From a virus (lineage: Duplodnaviria; Caudoviricetes), in IMG/VR virus record IMGVR_UViG_3300017565_000013, positions 1 to 38,976 of that record: DNA of 38,976 bases, one strand, 5' to 3'. A model generated the notes under the pieces. It ran no database searches. It was not told the DNA's origin and worked only from the letters and a program-made list of their open reading frames with translations. Of the stretch, positions 19,277 to 27,561 are shown piece by piece. Within the stretch, counting starts at the first letter, position 1; each line of letters begins with the position of its first letter. The position numbers and the translations under genes are program-made.

Positions 19277-19462
19277 TTACTGAGCTTCGAGCTCGTTGAT
19301 GCGGTCGCGGATGCGGTCGATCAGCACCACGAGCTGACGCTTGTTCAGCGTGTCGTCGTAGAGGATGCGAACGCCACCGGTCAGCGTCAACGACGTGCCG
19401 TCCTGCTTCACCATGACGTCCTTCTCGGTCGTCACGGCGGCGTCAATGAATTGCTTGGCCAT
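19277..19462 (-). CDS. Hypothetical protein (61 aa)
   Basis: AGGAG RBS; fills the gap in the structural operon. Confidence 0.65.
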   Translation of the reverse strand: MAKQFIDAAVTTEKDVMVKQDGTSLTLTGGVRILYDDTLNKRQLVVLIDRIRDRINELEAQ

Positions 19463-19483
19463 TTCGGGTACTCCTGATATGAC

Positions 19484-19518
19484 AAAGGGCCGCCGCAGAC
19501 GATCCCGCAGCGGCCCTT
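19484..19518 (-). terminator. Intrinsic terminator after capsid and decoration genes
   Basis: Minus strand AAGGGCCGCTGCGG-gatcgt-CTGCGGCGGCCCTT followed by a short T tract. Confidence 0.7.
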
Positions 19519-19536
19519 GAGGGTCAGCCTCTCGAC

Positions 19537-19965
19537 TTAGGGGGCCGAGAAGAACAGCTCGACCACCGCGCTACCCGAGGAGGGCAGCGCCGCGGCGCCG
19601 ATGGTGAGGACCACCGATTCGCCCGACGCGCCGATCGGGTCGGCGCTGGCCGCCGAGGTGACACCGAACAGGGCCGGGCCAGCGGAGGTGGCGACGGCTG
19701 CGGCTCGGTACTTGCCCGTCGCACCGGCCGCGCCGATGGCGACCGTCGCGGTGGCGCCCATCGTCGCCGACGGGTTGAGGACGCCGAACAGGAACGTGTG
19801 ACCCGCGGGGATGCGCGCCAGCACGATGTTGTCGCCGTCGGCTTGGCTGGCCATGTCGAAGCTGGCTCGCCAGACTCGGACGCGGCCGCCTTGGACGGCA
19901 CCGCTCGACTTGCCCGGGGGCGCGGCTTCTTGGGGCTGGACTTCTTTGGCGTAGGTGGTGGCCAT
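19537..19965 (-). CDS. Putative capsid decoration/cement protein
   Basis: 142-aa beta-rich Ala/Gly protein directly after the major capsid gene; TAAGGAG RBS. Confidence 0.65.
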   Translation of the reverse strand: MATTYAKEVQPQEAAPPGKSSGAVQGGRVRVWRASFDMASQADGDNIVLARIPAGHTFLFGVLNPSATMGATATVAIGAAGATGKYRAAAVATSAGPALFGVTSAASADPIGASGESVVLTIGAAALPSSGSAVVELFFSAP

Positions 19966-19975
19966 GATTTACTCC

Positions 19976-20845
19976 TTATGCTTCCGTGCAGAGGACTTCG
20001 ACCACCTTCTTCTCGTCGGTGCGGGTGGCACCGACGGTCGCCTTGGCGTACACCTGCGTGGCATACGACTTGTCGGCGCGCTCGGTGATCTTGGTGGTGA
20101 TGTCGTTCCACAGGCCCAGGTGGAGGCCGCTCTTGGCCCAAGCGAAGCAGCGGCGAGCGCTGGAGCCATCGACGCCCAGCAACTCGGTGTGCACGAACTT
20201 GAAGCCCATGAACGTGTCCACGTCACCCTGCACCAGCGCCTTGACGGTGTTGTAGTCCGACGACGTGACCTCGGTCGTGCCGAGCAGGTTGTCGAGCTGC
20301 TTGGCCGTCACGGCCATGTACAGCGGGTCGGCCGGGTCCACCTCGTTGCGGGTGAGGATGTACTTGGCCTGACGCAGCTTGGCGACCGTGAGGCCGCTGG
20401 CAGCAGCGGCGATCTGCTGGTTGACCGTGTCGAACGCGGTGTTGTCCGAGCCGTTCTCGCCGGTCTTGGCGGTGCCCAGGGCGGCGGCGATGATCTCGGC
20501 GTCCATCGACCGACCCAGCGCGAAGGCGCCGTTCATCGCATAGGGGCTGGTCGGGTCGATCAGCATGCGCAACTTGTCCTGGTCATCGACCAGATCGGCC
20601 CACTCGTAGTCCGTGGGGAACACCCAACGGGCCGCGTGCGGCGTGGAGATCATCGGCGTGTCGCCGTGACGGGTGGTGCGCTTCTGCGCGGTGACGGCGC
20701 CGATTTGTTCGACGGCCTTGGCGGCCTTGCCGGTGTACGAACCCAGCGTGACCAGATCGCGGAGACGGGAACCGCGCTGCTGCAGCAGCAGCTGCACGTT
20801 GGTCGTGTACTGCTGCACGAACGCGGTCGTGACTTGGAAGCTCAT
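19976..20845 (-). CDS. Major capsid protein (BPP-1-like family)
   Basis: MSFQVTTAFVQQY...LLQQRGSRLR, DKLRMLIDPTSPY, TSSDYNTVKALVQG. Confidence 0.92.
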   Translation of the reverse strand: MSFQVTTAFVQQYTTNVQLLLQQRGSRLRDLVTLGSYTGKAAKAVEQIGAVTAQKRTTRHGDTPMISTPHAARWVFPTDYEWADLVDDQDKLRMLIDPTSPYAMNGAFALGRSMDAEIIAAALGTAKTGENGSDNTAFDTVNQQIAAAASGLTVAKLRQAKYILTRNEVDPADPLYMAVTAKQLDNLLGTTEVTSSDYNTVKALVQGDVDTFMGFKFVHTELLGVDGSSARRCFAWAKSGLHLGLWNDITTKITERADKSYATQVYAKATVGATRTDEKKVVEVLCTEA

Positions 20846-20866
20846 GATGGACCTCGTGAAGTTGAA

Positions 20867-21139
20867 TCAAGTGCCGGATGCTTGGTTCGACTTGTCCACC
20901 GATGGCGGGGTCATAAATTCAGGGAGACGTTCGGCCTGCTTTTCCTTGCGGGGCAGTTTCAGCGTCCCTCTGGGCGACGAGTCCGGTTTCCTCTCGTCTG
21001 ACGGTTCGCAGCCTACCACATACTTCTCCAGCATGCAACAGGCGTTGATGATTTCGTCGCTGGTCAGGCTGTTTCGTGAGGCCGTTGGGACAACGACCTT
21101 CACGATTTCCAGCCGCACGATTTGCGGGTCAGCCACCAT
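20867..21139 (-). CDS. Hypothetical protein (90 aa) between scaffold and capsid genes
   Basis: GGAG before ATG; overlaps the scaffold stop; no recognised family. Confidence 0.5.
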   Translation of the reverse strand: MVADPQIVRLEIVKVVVPTASRNSLTSDEIINACCMLEKYVVGCEPSDERKPDSSPRGTLKLPRKEKQAERLPEFMTPPSVDKSNQASGT

Positions 21140-21971
21140 ACGCCTGCTCCATCAGGCGCTTGAACTTGCCCACGGCCTCGGCGTTGCCGGCCATGTACTG
21201 CTCCATGAAGGCCTTGTCGGTCTTGAGGTCGTTGAGCTGCTGCTGCGCCTCGGCGGGGGTGGTTCCGAACCCACTGGCGGCGCTGCGCACACCCTCGAAG
21301 CTGGGTTCGCCCATCTTGGAACCCAATGTCGCGAACAACCTGAGCATTTCTGCCGTGCCAAGACGGGCCTCAAACTCGGTGAGCTTCTGCTGGTCGAACC
21401 CCAGCGCGCTCACGGCATTGCGACCCATGGCGATCTGCTTCTCGTAGCCCTGACCCCACTCGCGCTGCAGCTCAGCGATCGCCTTCTCGGACTCCTGCTT
21501 CGCCTGGGCCTCGAACTCCTGCATCCGCGCGCCGGACATCTCCTGCCACTTGTTGAACAGGCCCTGCGCCTGTTTGGTGGTCAGGCCGTTGGCGTGCGCG
21601 GTCTTGGTGAACCAGTCGGCCAGCGCCGGGTCGCCACCGTCAGGCACCTTGATGCCGTACTCTTTGGGGTCGGCGGGGCGGCCGAGCTTGCCGTAGAACT
21701 CGCCGAGCTTGGTCTCATCGGCGTCGGGGCCGGGGAGCTCCAGCAGGCTCTTTGACCCACCGGCGAACTTCTCCAGGTTGCGGTAGCTCTCGATGGCCTT
21801 GATGGGACTGTCCCACCCCTTGTTCTGGATGTAGGCGGCGGTGGCCTCGTCGGCCTGGCCGTACCAGGGGGCTTGCGCGCCACCGGTGACCGGCGCGGCG
21901 GGGGCGGCTGCGGGTGCGGCCGCTGCGGCTGCACCGTTATCGCCCATCAGGGCGGCGGTTGCTTCACTCAT
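21129..21971 (-). CDS. Capsid scaffolding/assembly protein
   Basis: Ala/Pro N-terminus, SYRNLEK, LGRPADPKEY, ELQREWG; upstream of capsid gene. Confidence 0.82.
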   Translation of the reverse strand: MSEATAALMGDNGAAAAAAPAAAPAAPVTGGAQAPWYGQADEATAAYIQNKGWDSPIKAIESYRNLEKFAGGSKSLLELPGPDADETKLGEFYGKLGRPADPKEYGIKVPDGGDPALADWFTKTAHANGLTTKQAQGLFNKWQEMSGARMQEFEAQAKQESEKAIAELQREWGQGYEKQIAMGRNAVSALGFDQQKLTEFEARLGTAEMLRLFATLGSKMGEPSFEGVRSAASGFGTTPAEAQQQLNDLKTDKAFMEQYMAGNAEAVGKFKRLMEQAYGG

Positions 21972-22212
21972 TGTAGTCCTCGATCAGTTTGATCACCTCC
22001 TCATCGGTCAGCGAAAGGTGACTCATGATCCTGAGCCAAACCTCGCGCCGTCCTTCGAGAAGGTACGTGGAGTGGACGTTGTTCACGTCCGCGGTGGGCA
22101 GGGTCGCCCGACAGAAACGCCGCAGGTCCGCGAGGACTTTGCGACCTTCTGGGTTCTCGAACGTCTTCTTGTACGCCGCTTGGCGCTTGCGCAGGAAGGG
22201 GTTCAGGGTCAT
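21964..22212 (-). CDS. Bbp19-like small head protein
   Basis: YKKTFENPEGRKVLADL...EGRREVWLRI, directly after portal. Confidence 0.75.
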   Translation of the reverse strand: MTLNPFLRKRQAAYKKTFENPEGRKVLADLRRFCRATLPTADVNNVHSTYLLEGRREVWLRIMSHLSLTDEEVIKLIEDYNE

Positions 22213-23849
22213 TGCTGGTTCAGCAGGGCGTTGGCCTGCGCCACGTCTTTCACGGCGCCGGCGAGGGGCTGCGCGGCCTGCACGGCCATGGCCGCCTGCT
22301 CCTGCTGGGCACGCTGGGCGCGGATCGCCGCGACGGCATCCGGGGAGCGAAGGGCCGGCAGGGGCACACCCGACACCTCGGCGGTGAGTCGGGCAAGGCC
22401 GTCGGTGTCGAACACGTCGAAGATCTCGGGACCGGCGAGCTGCGCGAACGGGGTTAGGATCTCCAGCGAGCGCTGCACGCCCACCAGTTCCTCGGCGCGT
22501 GCCATGCGCGACATCGGCGAGTCGTAGGTGATCTCGTACTCGCCACCCGCTTCGACCAGGATCGGCGGCATCGGCGGCAGCATGCGGTGGAACGCCAGCA
22601 GATCGAGCTCGCGCTCGATCAGTGGACCCAGCGCCTCGGACTGCTGCCGGCCCATGGTGGGGGTGAGCAGCATGCCCTTCTCTTGCGCGCGGATCAGCGC
22701 CTCGGTGGCCGTCATGCGCGGCGTGTCCACGAGGATCTGGAACAGCGTCACGAGGAACGCGTCGTCGATGGCTGCGCGGCGCTGCTCCATCTTCGCCTCG
22801 TTGATGTCCAGGCGCGCGCCGCTGTTGAACGGCTGCATCAGGGCCTTGCCGTCCTTGTTCACCCCGCCGACGTTCATGCCGCCCGGCTTGAGGTTCACCG
22901 TCATGGCGCCCCCGCCGAGGATGCCGTCATCGTGCAGCAGGATCGGCGGGTCAACGAGCTTGTGGGCCGCACGGATGTCCGTCTTGGCCATCTCGTTGAG
23001 CATCTTGATGTCGGCCAGCGCGGTCATGCCGGGCGAGCGGCCGTACACCTCGTCGGGCGCGGTGAAGTAGCGACTGAACGAGTACGGGAAGCTGTTGTAG
23101 CCGCCCTCCTCCATCATCGTCTTGTCATTGACGTAGACGTAGACCGACGCCCACGGCTTGCCGCGCGCGTCCATGCGCCCCGGCTCATAGCTCACGTTGG
23201 GGCGCACGACGTGCAGGAACGCGTGCTTGTCGTTGGCCTTGTTCGGGTTCTCCAGGCACTTCTTGAGCGACTCCGGCAGGTTGTTCTCACCCCACTTCTG
23301 CGCCGCCTGACGCGCCGTGTAGGAGAAGCAGCGGAACACCGTGTCCACGATCCCCTGGTGGTTCTCCATCAGGTACAGATCGCGCAGGTTCACGCAGCGG
23401 TAGCGCAGGCCCACGCCCGGCTCGAAGTCGATGAACAGAGCGCCCGTGCCGAAGGCCCCCATCGAGGTCCAGCGTTCGAGGTTCTGCCCTGCGAAGTTGG
23501 CCTTGGGCGAGTACCGCATGCTGAACAAGGTCTTGTTGACCTCGTAGAACCACTGCTTGACCTCGAAGTCGTCGTTCAGACGCTCGTCGGTCGTCTTGAG
23601 GCCGTGCCAGTGGGTTTGACGCGGCGTGAGCATCGAGTCCATGACCGAGGCGAAGCGCTCCAGCGCGACCTGCGGCTTGGAGTCGAAGATCTTCTGCGTG
23701 CGCTTCTCGCCGTCTGTGCGCTGACCAATGAACCCCATCTGGCGGGGAAGGATGCGCTCGGCGATCTCTTCCCAGTGGGTCTCCCAGTTCCCACGGAGAC
23801 CCTTGAGGTTCTCGTACTCGCGGACCAGATCCTCGGCGACCTTGCTCAT
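22209..23849 (-). CDS. Portal (head-to-tail connector) protein
   Basis: WETHWEEIAERILP, FGTG, YGRSPG, MTATE...R..EK...L.P...R.QSE.L.PLIER. Confidence 0.93.
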   Translation of the reverse strand: MSKVAEDLVREYENLKGLRGNWETHWEEIAERILPRQMGFIGQRTDGEKRTQKIFDSKPQVALERFASVMDSMLTPRQTHWHGLKTTDERLNDDFEVKQWFYEVNKTLFSMRYSPKANFAGQNLERWTSMGAFGTGALFIDFEPGVGLRYRCVNLRDLYLMENHQGIVDTVFRCFSYTARQAAQKWGENNLPESLKKCLENPNKANDKHAFLHVVRPNVSYEPGRMDARGKPWASVYVYVNDKTMMEEGGYNSFPYSFSRYFTAPDEVYGRSPGMTALADIKMLNEMAKTDIRAAHKLVDPPILLHDDGILGGGAMTVNLKPGGMNVGGVNKDGKALMQPFNSGARLDINEAKMEQRRAAIDDAFLVTLFQILVDTPRMTATEALIRAQEKGMLLTPTMGRQQSEALGPLIERELDLLAFHRMLPPMPPILVEAGGEYEITYDSPMSRMARAEELVGVQRSLEILTPFAQLAGPEIFDVFDTDGLARLTAEVSGVPLPALRSPDAVAAIRAQRAQQEQAAMAVQAAQPLAGAVKDVAQANALLNQQ

Positions 23850-24022
23850 TTCTTGCCCGCGATGAAATCTTCGAGGGAGACGGGCTTCTCACCGTTCTCC
23901 ATCTTCATGATTTGGTACTGGCGGTACGCCGGGGTCACGCGCATCTTGCGCTGCGCGTCACCTGCCATGCCGCCCATCTGCGGCGCCTTGTCCTGGGCCT
24001 TCCCGTCCTTCTTGTCGGACAT
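23846..24022 (-). CDS. Hypothetical protein (58 aa, MSDKKDGK...)
   Basis: ATGA overlap with the portal start; begins just after the upstream stop. Confidence 0.55.
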   Translation of the reverse strand: MSDKKDGKAQDKAPQMGGMAGDAQRKMRVTPAYRQYQIMKMENGEKPVSLEDFIAGKK

Positions 24023-24024
24023 GC

Positions 24025-24219
24025 TCAGCCCCCGAGCAGTTTGGTCGTGCCCACGTTGGCGCTGGACGCTGAAGAGCTGTCGGACAGGATCGTGGCGGCA
24101 CGTCCGGCCTGCTGGCGCTGGCGGCGGCGCTCGGCGTCCGCGGCGGCCTGCACCGCTCCGGACTGATCCGGCGTGGCCGTTGGGGGCGGCTTGTAGCTGG
24201 GTTTCATCATCCCGGTCAT
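24025..24219 (-). CDS. Small virion-associated protein (64 aa)
   Basis: AAGGAG RBS; GRAATILS...TKLLGG ending typical of small genes upstream of podovirus portals. Confidence 0.65.
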   Translation of the reverse strand: MTGMMKPSYKPPPTATPDQSGAVQAAADAERRRQRQQAGRAATILSDSSSASSANVGTTKLLGG

Positions 24220-24231
24220 AGACGGACTCCT

Positions 24232-25776
24232 TCAAGTGGCGCCGAATATATCATAGTCGGTTTCCGCAACCCGTTGGGTCGACCCACGGCGACGCGCCAC
24301 GCGGCTGTCTCGGCGACCCACCGGGACTGCGAAGGTCATGGCCAGCGCGTCGGCCGCGTCGGGGGACGCCAGGCCGCGCTTCTTCATGGCCTCCTTGGTC
24401 TCCAGCTTGATCTGCCCCTTGAGCGCAATGCTGTACTCGGGGCCGGTCAGGTCGTCGGCGAGCTGGGTGTCGTCATCGATGCAGCCGATGGACAGCCACT
24501 CGCGCATCTCGCCCCACATCTCGGCGCGCTTGTTGAGGTACTTCTCGGGGTCGCTGGCCGACTCGCCCGACTGCACCTCGATCACGCGGTAGCCCATCTG
24601 TTTCAAGCGGTCCACCACGCCGCCGCCCACGCCTCCGCCGTCCACCATCACCGCGTCGGGCTGGTGGCGCTCGATCAGGCCGGCGGCGGCCTCAGCGACG
24701 GCCATGGTATCGGCGCCCTTCATGCGGGTCGGCTTGATCGAGCGCGCGTCGCGGCCGCGGCGAAACAGCATCACCGTCTCGTCGTCGCCGAAGCGCGCCA
24801 CGTCGATCGCCAGCACCAGCGCGGCGCCGTCATCCTCGAACAGCTCGCGCGCGGCGGCCTTGGCGACGGCTTCACGGCCGATGAACTGGTTCGAGCCGGT
24901 GCGCGGGAACTCCCCCTTGACCTCGACGCGGGTGACGTCGTGATCCTCGCCGTACTTGGCCGCGATGCGGTCGTACACGCCGCGGTCTACGCCCTCGACG
25001 GTGCGCGAGTCGATGTATCGCGTGTTCCAGAACGCGCGGTCCTTGTGGAAGCACTCGAAGAAGCGCCCGGTGTTACGCCGCGGGTTGGAGATCGCCAGCC
25101 ACAGGCGCAGCGGCGCGAGGTCGGTGAAGAAGCCTTCGGTCACGTTCCAGATGGGGTCGGCGATACCTGAGGCCTCATCGAACTGGACCATCATGCCGAT
25201 CTGGCTGTGCGCGCCAGCGAAGGCGTCGGGGTTCTCCTCGGACCAGCTCTGCGCGTCCACGTAGTAGTACTGGGTGTCGATCTTGAGCTGCTGCTCCAAC
25301 ATGTCGGCGAACCATCGGTTCGGTCGCATCGACATCGAGGACTTGTCGAACCAGTGCCGGTTGATCGACATGGTGTGCCACTTGCCCAGCTCGGCCATGG
25401 TGCGCGACCTGAGCTGCGTCTCGGTGTTGGCCGTCACGATGGTGGTCGAGCCCAGCCAGCACGACATGACCCAGATGTCGAGCATCGAGAGCCATGCCGA
25501 CTTACCCGGGCCGCGGCCGGCCGAGATCGCCAGGTACATCGGGCTCGGGGGCAGGCCCATGCGCTGCAGCTCCACGTCCTTGAGCAGGTGGTCGGTGAGG
25601 CGCTTGAACTCGTCGATCTGCCAGGTACGGGGCTTCTCGATCTTCTCCAGCGGCGTGCCCTTCTTGCCCCACGGGAACGCGTACATCACGAACCCCAGCG
25701 GGTCGTGCTTGTAGGTGAGCACGTCGGTGAGGAGCTGCTGCTCCTGGGGTGTGGGGCCGGGCGGCGCTTGTCTCAT
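24232..25776 (-). CDS. terL: Terminase large subunit
   Basis: Walker A GRGPGKS, Walker B QFDEAS, SNP, nuclease IDVARFGDD and SPDAADAL; start inferred from ATGA overlap. Confidence 0.93.
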   Translation of the reverse strand: MRQAPPGPTPQEQQLLTDVLTYKHDPLGFVMYAFPWGKKGTPLEKIEKPRTWQIDEFKRLTDHLLKDVELQRMGLPPSPMYLAISAGRGPGKSAWLSMLDIWVMSCWLGSTTIVTANTETQLRSRTMAELGKWHTMSINRHWFDKSSMSMRPNRWFADMLEQQLKIDTQYYYVDAQSWSEENPDAFAGAHSQIGMMVQFDEASGIADPIWNVTEGFFTDLAPLRLWLAISNPRRNTGRFFECFHKDRAFWNTRYIDSRTVEGVDRGVYDRIAAKYGEDHDVTRVEVKGEFPRTGSNQFIGREAVAKAAARELFEDDGAALVLAIDVARFGDDETVMLFRRGRDARSIKPTRMKGADTMAVAEAAAGLIERHQPDAVMVDGGGVGGGVVDRLKQMGYRVIEVQSGESASDPEKYLNKRAEMWGEMREWLSIGCIDDDTQLADDLTGPEYSIALKGQIKLETKEAMKKRGLASPDAADALAMTFAVPVGRRDSRVARRRGSTQRVAETDYDIFGAT

Positions 25777-25991
25777 CCGTTCAACCATTGCGCCACGATG
25801 GGCGCGTCCTCGGGGCGGCTGCGCAGGCGAGTCACGCGGGTGAGCTGCTGCGCGGCGCGATCGAGCCAGTCGTGGTACGCCGCGAGCGGGCTGCTGCCCT
25901 GGCCCACGGCGTACTGGCTGAACATGTGGCCGTGGCAGCTCCACGCGCCAGCGCGCCCGACGATGCGAGGCTTGTCGGTGAGCACGATCAC
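25773..25991 (-). CDS. Hypothetical protein (72 aa, GTG start)
   Basis: GGAG RBS; GTGA and ATGA coupling on both sides. Confidence 0.55.
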   Translation of the reverse strand: MIVLTDKPRIVGRAGAWSCHGHMFSQYAVGQGSSPLAAYHDWLDRAAQQLTRVTRLRSRPEDAPIVAQWLNG

Positions 25992-26092
25992 ATGGCTCCG
26001 ATCACGTACCCGATGCCCATGCCCGTGGCGAACACCACCCCGAGCAGCGCGAGCAGTTCCCACACGAGCTTGCCTGCGTTGTCCATGGTCAT
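25988..26092 (-). CDS. Small membrane protein (34 aa)
   Basis: MTMDNAGKLVWELLALLGVVFATGMGIGYVIGAM; coupled overlaps. Confidence 0.5.
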   Translation of the reverse strand: MTMDNAGKLVWELLALLGVVFATGMGIGYVIGAM

Positions 26093-26220
26093 CCCCACAT
26101 GAGGTAGAGCAGCGCGAAGTACGCCGCTGCGGTGACGATGACCGTGCCGACGGCCACGAGCGCGATGGCCGTGGCGCGGATCGCGGTCCACGGGAGGTGG
26201 TCGGTGTCAAGGTCAACCAT
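26089..26220 (-). CDS. Small membrane protein (43 aa)
   Basis: Read manually: MVDLDTDHLPWTAIRATAIALVAVGTVIVTAAAYFALLYLMWG; AAGGAG RBS. Confidence 0.55.
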   Translation of the reverse strand: MVDLDTDHLPWTAIRATAIALVAVGTVIVTAAAYFALLYLMWG

Positions 26221-26362
26221 TGGGCAGCTCCTTCACGTCCTGGTTGGCATACGCCGCGAGGCGGGGATACCGCTTTGCCCACGAGTAGCCGTTGGCCTTG
26301 TGCGGCTTGCACATGAGACACCCGTTGCGACAATTCTTCGGCTTCTTCCGCTTATGGTTCAC
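26213..26362 (-). CDS. Small basic Cys/His protein (49 aa)
   Basis: Read manually: MNHKRKKPKNCRNGCLMCKPHKANG...; AAGGAG RBS, GTG start. Confidence 0.6.
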   Translation of the reverse strand: MNHKRKKPKNCRNGCLMCKPHKANGYSWAKRYPRLAAYANQDVKELPNG

Positions 26363-26897
26363 GGGGTAGCTCCTTCACGGTCACGTCGACCACATCACCG
26401 CGGATGCGCGCGGCTCGCTCCTGCGCCTCGGCCATCGCGGCACCCATGTCGATGGTGACGGTCTGGTCGATCTGCTTCACGTCACCGAAGCGCTTCCTGT
26501 TCCACACGCCCAGCAGCCACTTGCGGGTCTGGATTTTCAGCGTGCTGCGCGCCACGTCCTCGACGGCGTCCTCGGCGTCGGCGATCGAGATCATCTGGTC
26601 GGCGATCACCTCGGCCGCGGCGGTCTGCGCCTCGTAGTAGCGGTCACGCCGGGCCTCGTCGCGCAGTACCCACGAGACGAAGTGCGAGTAGTCCAGCGGG
26701 ACGGGGTACTGCTCGACGGCGGTCTTGAAGCTCGTGCCCTCGGAGACCATTCGATCCAGGATCGACGGCAGCGCTGCTTCGTAGGTGGCGAGGGTGTTCT
26801 CGCGCGCGAGCCGCGCCACGTCCGATGGGGTCGGGTGAGACGCTGGGTACATCCACGAAGGGAGGGGCTGCAGAGCCTGGTCGGTGGTCACGCGCAC
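26352..26897 (-). CDS. terS: Terminase small subunit (start may be GTG 26891)
   Basis: YYEAQ...IADQMISIAD...VARSTLKIQTRKWLLG...RFGD; first gene of the late operon. Confidence 0.82.
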   Translation of the reverse strand: MRVTTDQALQPLPSWMYPASHPTPSDVARLARENTLATYEAALPSILDRMVSEGTSFKTAVEQYPVPLDYSHFVSWVLRDEARRDRYYEAQTAAAEVIADQMISIADAEDAVEDVARSTLKIQTRKWLLGVWNRKRFGDVKQIDQTVTIDMGAAMAEAQERAARIRGDVVDVTVKELPREP

Positions 26898-26898
26898 G

Positions 26899-26916
26899 AT
26901 GGTAGCACGAGTGGGT
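26899..26916 (-). promoter_or_regulatory. Putative late promoter (extended -10)
   Basis: Minus strand ACCCACTCGTGCTACCAT: TGn-TACCAT with no good -35. Confidence 0.5.
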
Positions 26917-26975
26917 TGGACAGTGGATCGCGTCGTCCGACAGGCGGTCGATGCCGGAATTCCGGTATCGCCTGT

Positions 26976-27351
26976 CCCAATGGGTTTCAGGGTCTGGTGG
27001 GGTTTTCATAATTTTTTGGGACTGTGATTAATCGGCCCATTGGGTTCTCAGTTGCTGAGATGCGCGGGGTCGGTGAGGCACCTCCTGCCCCAGCGCGCGC
27101 CGAGGGCCTGGGGGCCCCACCCCCGTCTCGCCGATTCTCTGACCCATTGGACCATCGGCATACGGCAAACCGAAGTGACCGCTCACTTCATATCAGCCGA
27201 TCCTCTGATTATCCCACCCACTGGGTCACAGCACCCGCAGGGGTCAGACCCATTGGACCGTGACCCAGAGGGTAATCTGACCCACTGTTATTCAAACCCA
27301 ACCTATGCACACAATGGGTTAGGACTTTCCGGATAGATAGACCCAGTGGGC
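26976..27351. repeat. Cluster of CCCA-N-TGGG palindromes (operator/iteron-like)
   Basis: Perfect cores at 26976, 27036, 27217 and 27342; near matches at 27143, 27249, 27264, 27281 and 27310. Confidence 0.85.
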
Positions 27352-27355
27352 TCTG

Positions 27356-27503
27356 TCTGTCTGTCCATCTATCTGGTTCTGACAAAAATACTCCGCGGGC
27401 GCGCTAGGCGTTTTGAAGATTCTCTCTCTTTTGCGATATGTTCGACCCACGAGCATCTCCAGTTTCAGTCAATCTGTCAGACCCAGATAGATGGACAGAC
27501 GGA
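27356..27503. repeat. 29-bp inverted repeat with 90-bp spacer (candidate replication origin)
   Basis: Arms 27356-27384 and 27475-27503, 27/29 complementary; function inferred. Confidence 0.8.
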
Positions 27504-27505
27504 TA

Positions 27506-27534
27506 TTGACAACCCACCAGAAACACCGAAACAT
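27506..27534 (+). promoter_or_regulatory. Possible sigma70 promoter for the AP2-like gene
   Basis: TTGACA-17 nt-AAACAT (weak -10). Confidence 0.4.
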
Positions 27535-27561
27535 CGCCACCTCTCACCCAAAAGGACCACC

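Noticed and set aside
10959-23780. Two intragenic CCCAGTGGG matches (10961, 23771) as operators
   Set aside because: One or two chance hits of an 8-informative-base motif are expected in a GC-rich 39-kb genome
22587-24221. 544-aa + strand ORF, and similar long antisense ORFs at 10116, 13478, 19955, 20673 and 25207
   Set aside because: Shadows of well-supported minus-strand structural genes
25777-25944. N-terminal extension of TerL given in the ORF track
   Set aside because: Overlaps a coupled upstream ORF and is low-complexity; the ATG at 25776 fits an ATGA overlap
27457-27463. CTCCAGT as the anti-SD seed of a small RNA targeting the ACTGGAG leaders
   Set aside because: Only 7 nt of complementarity, and no supported promoter/terminator pair defines an RNA
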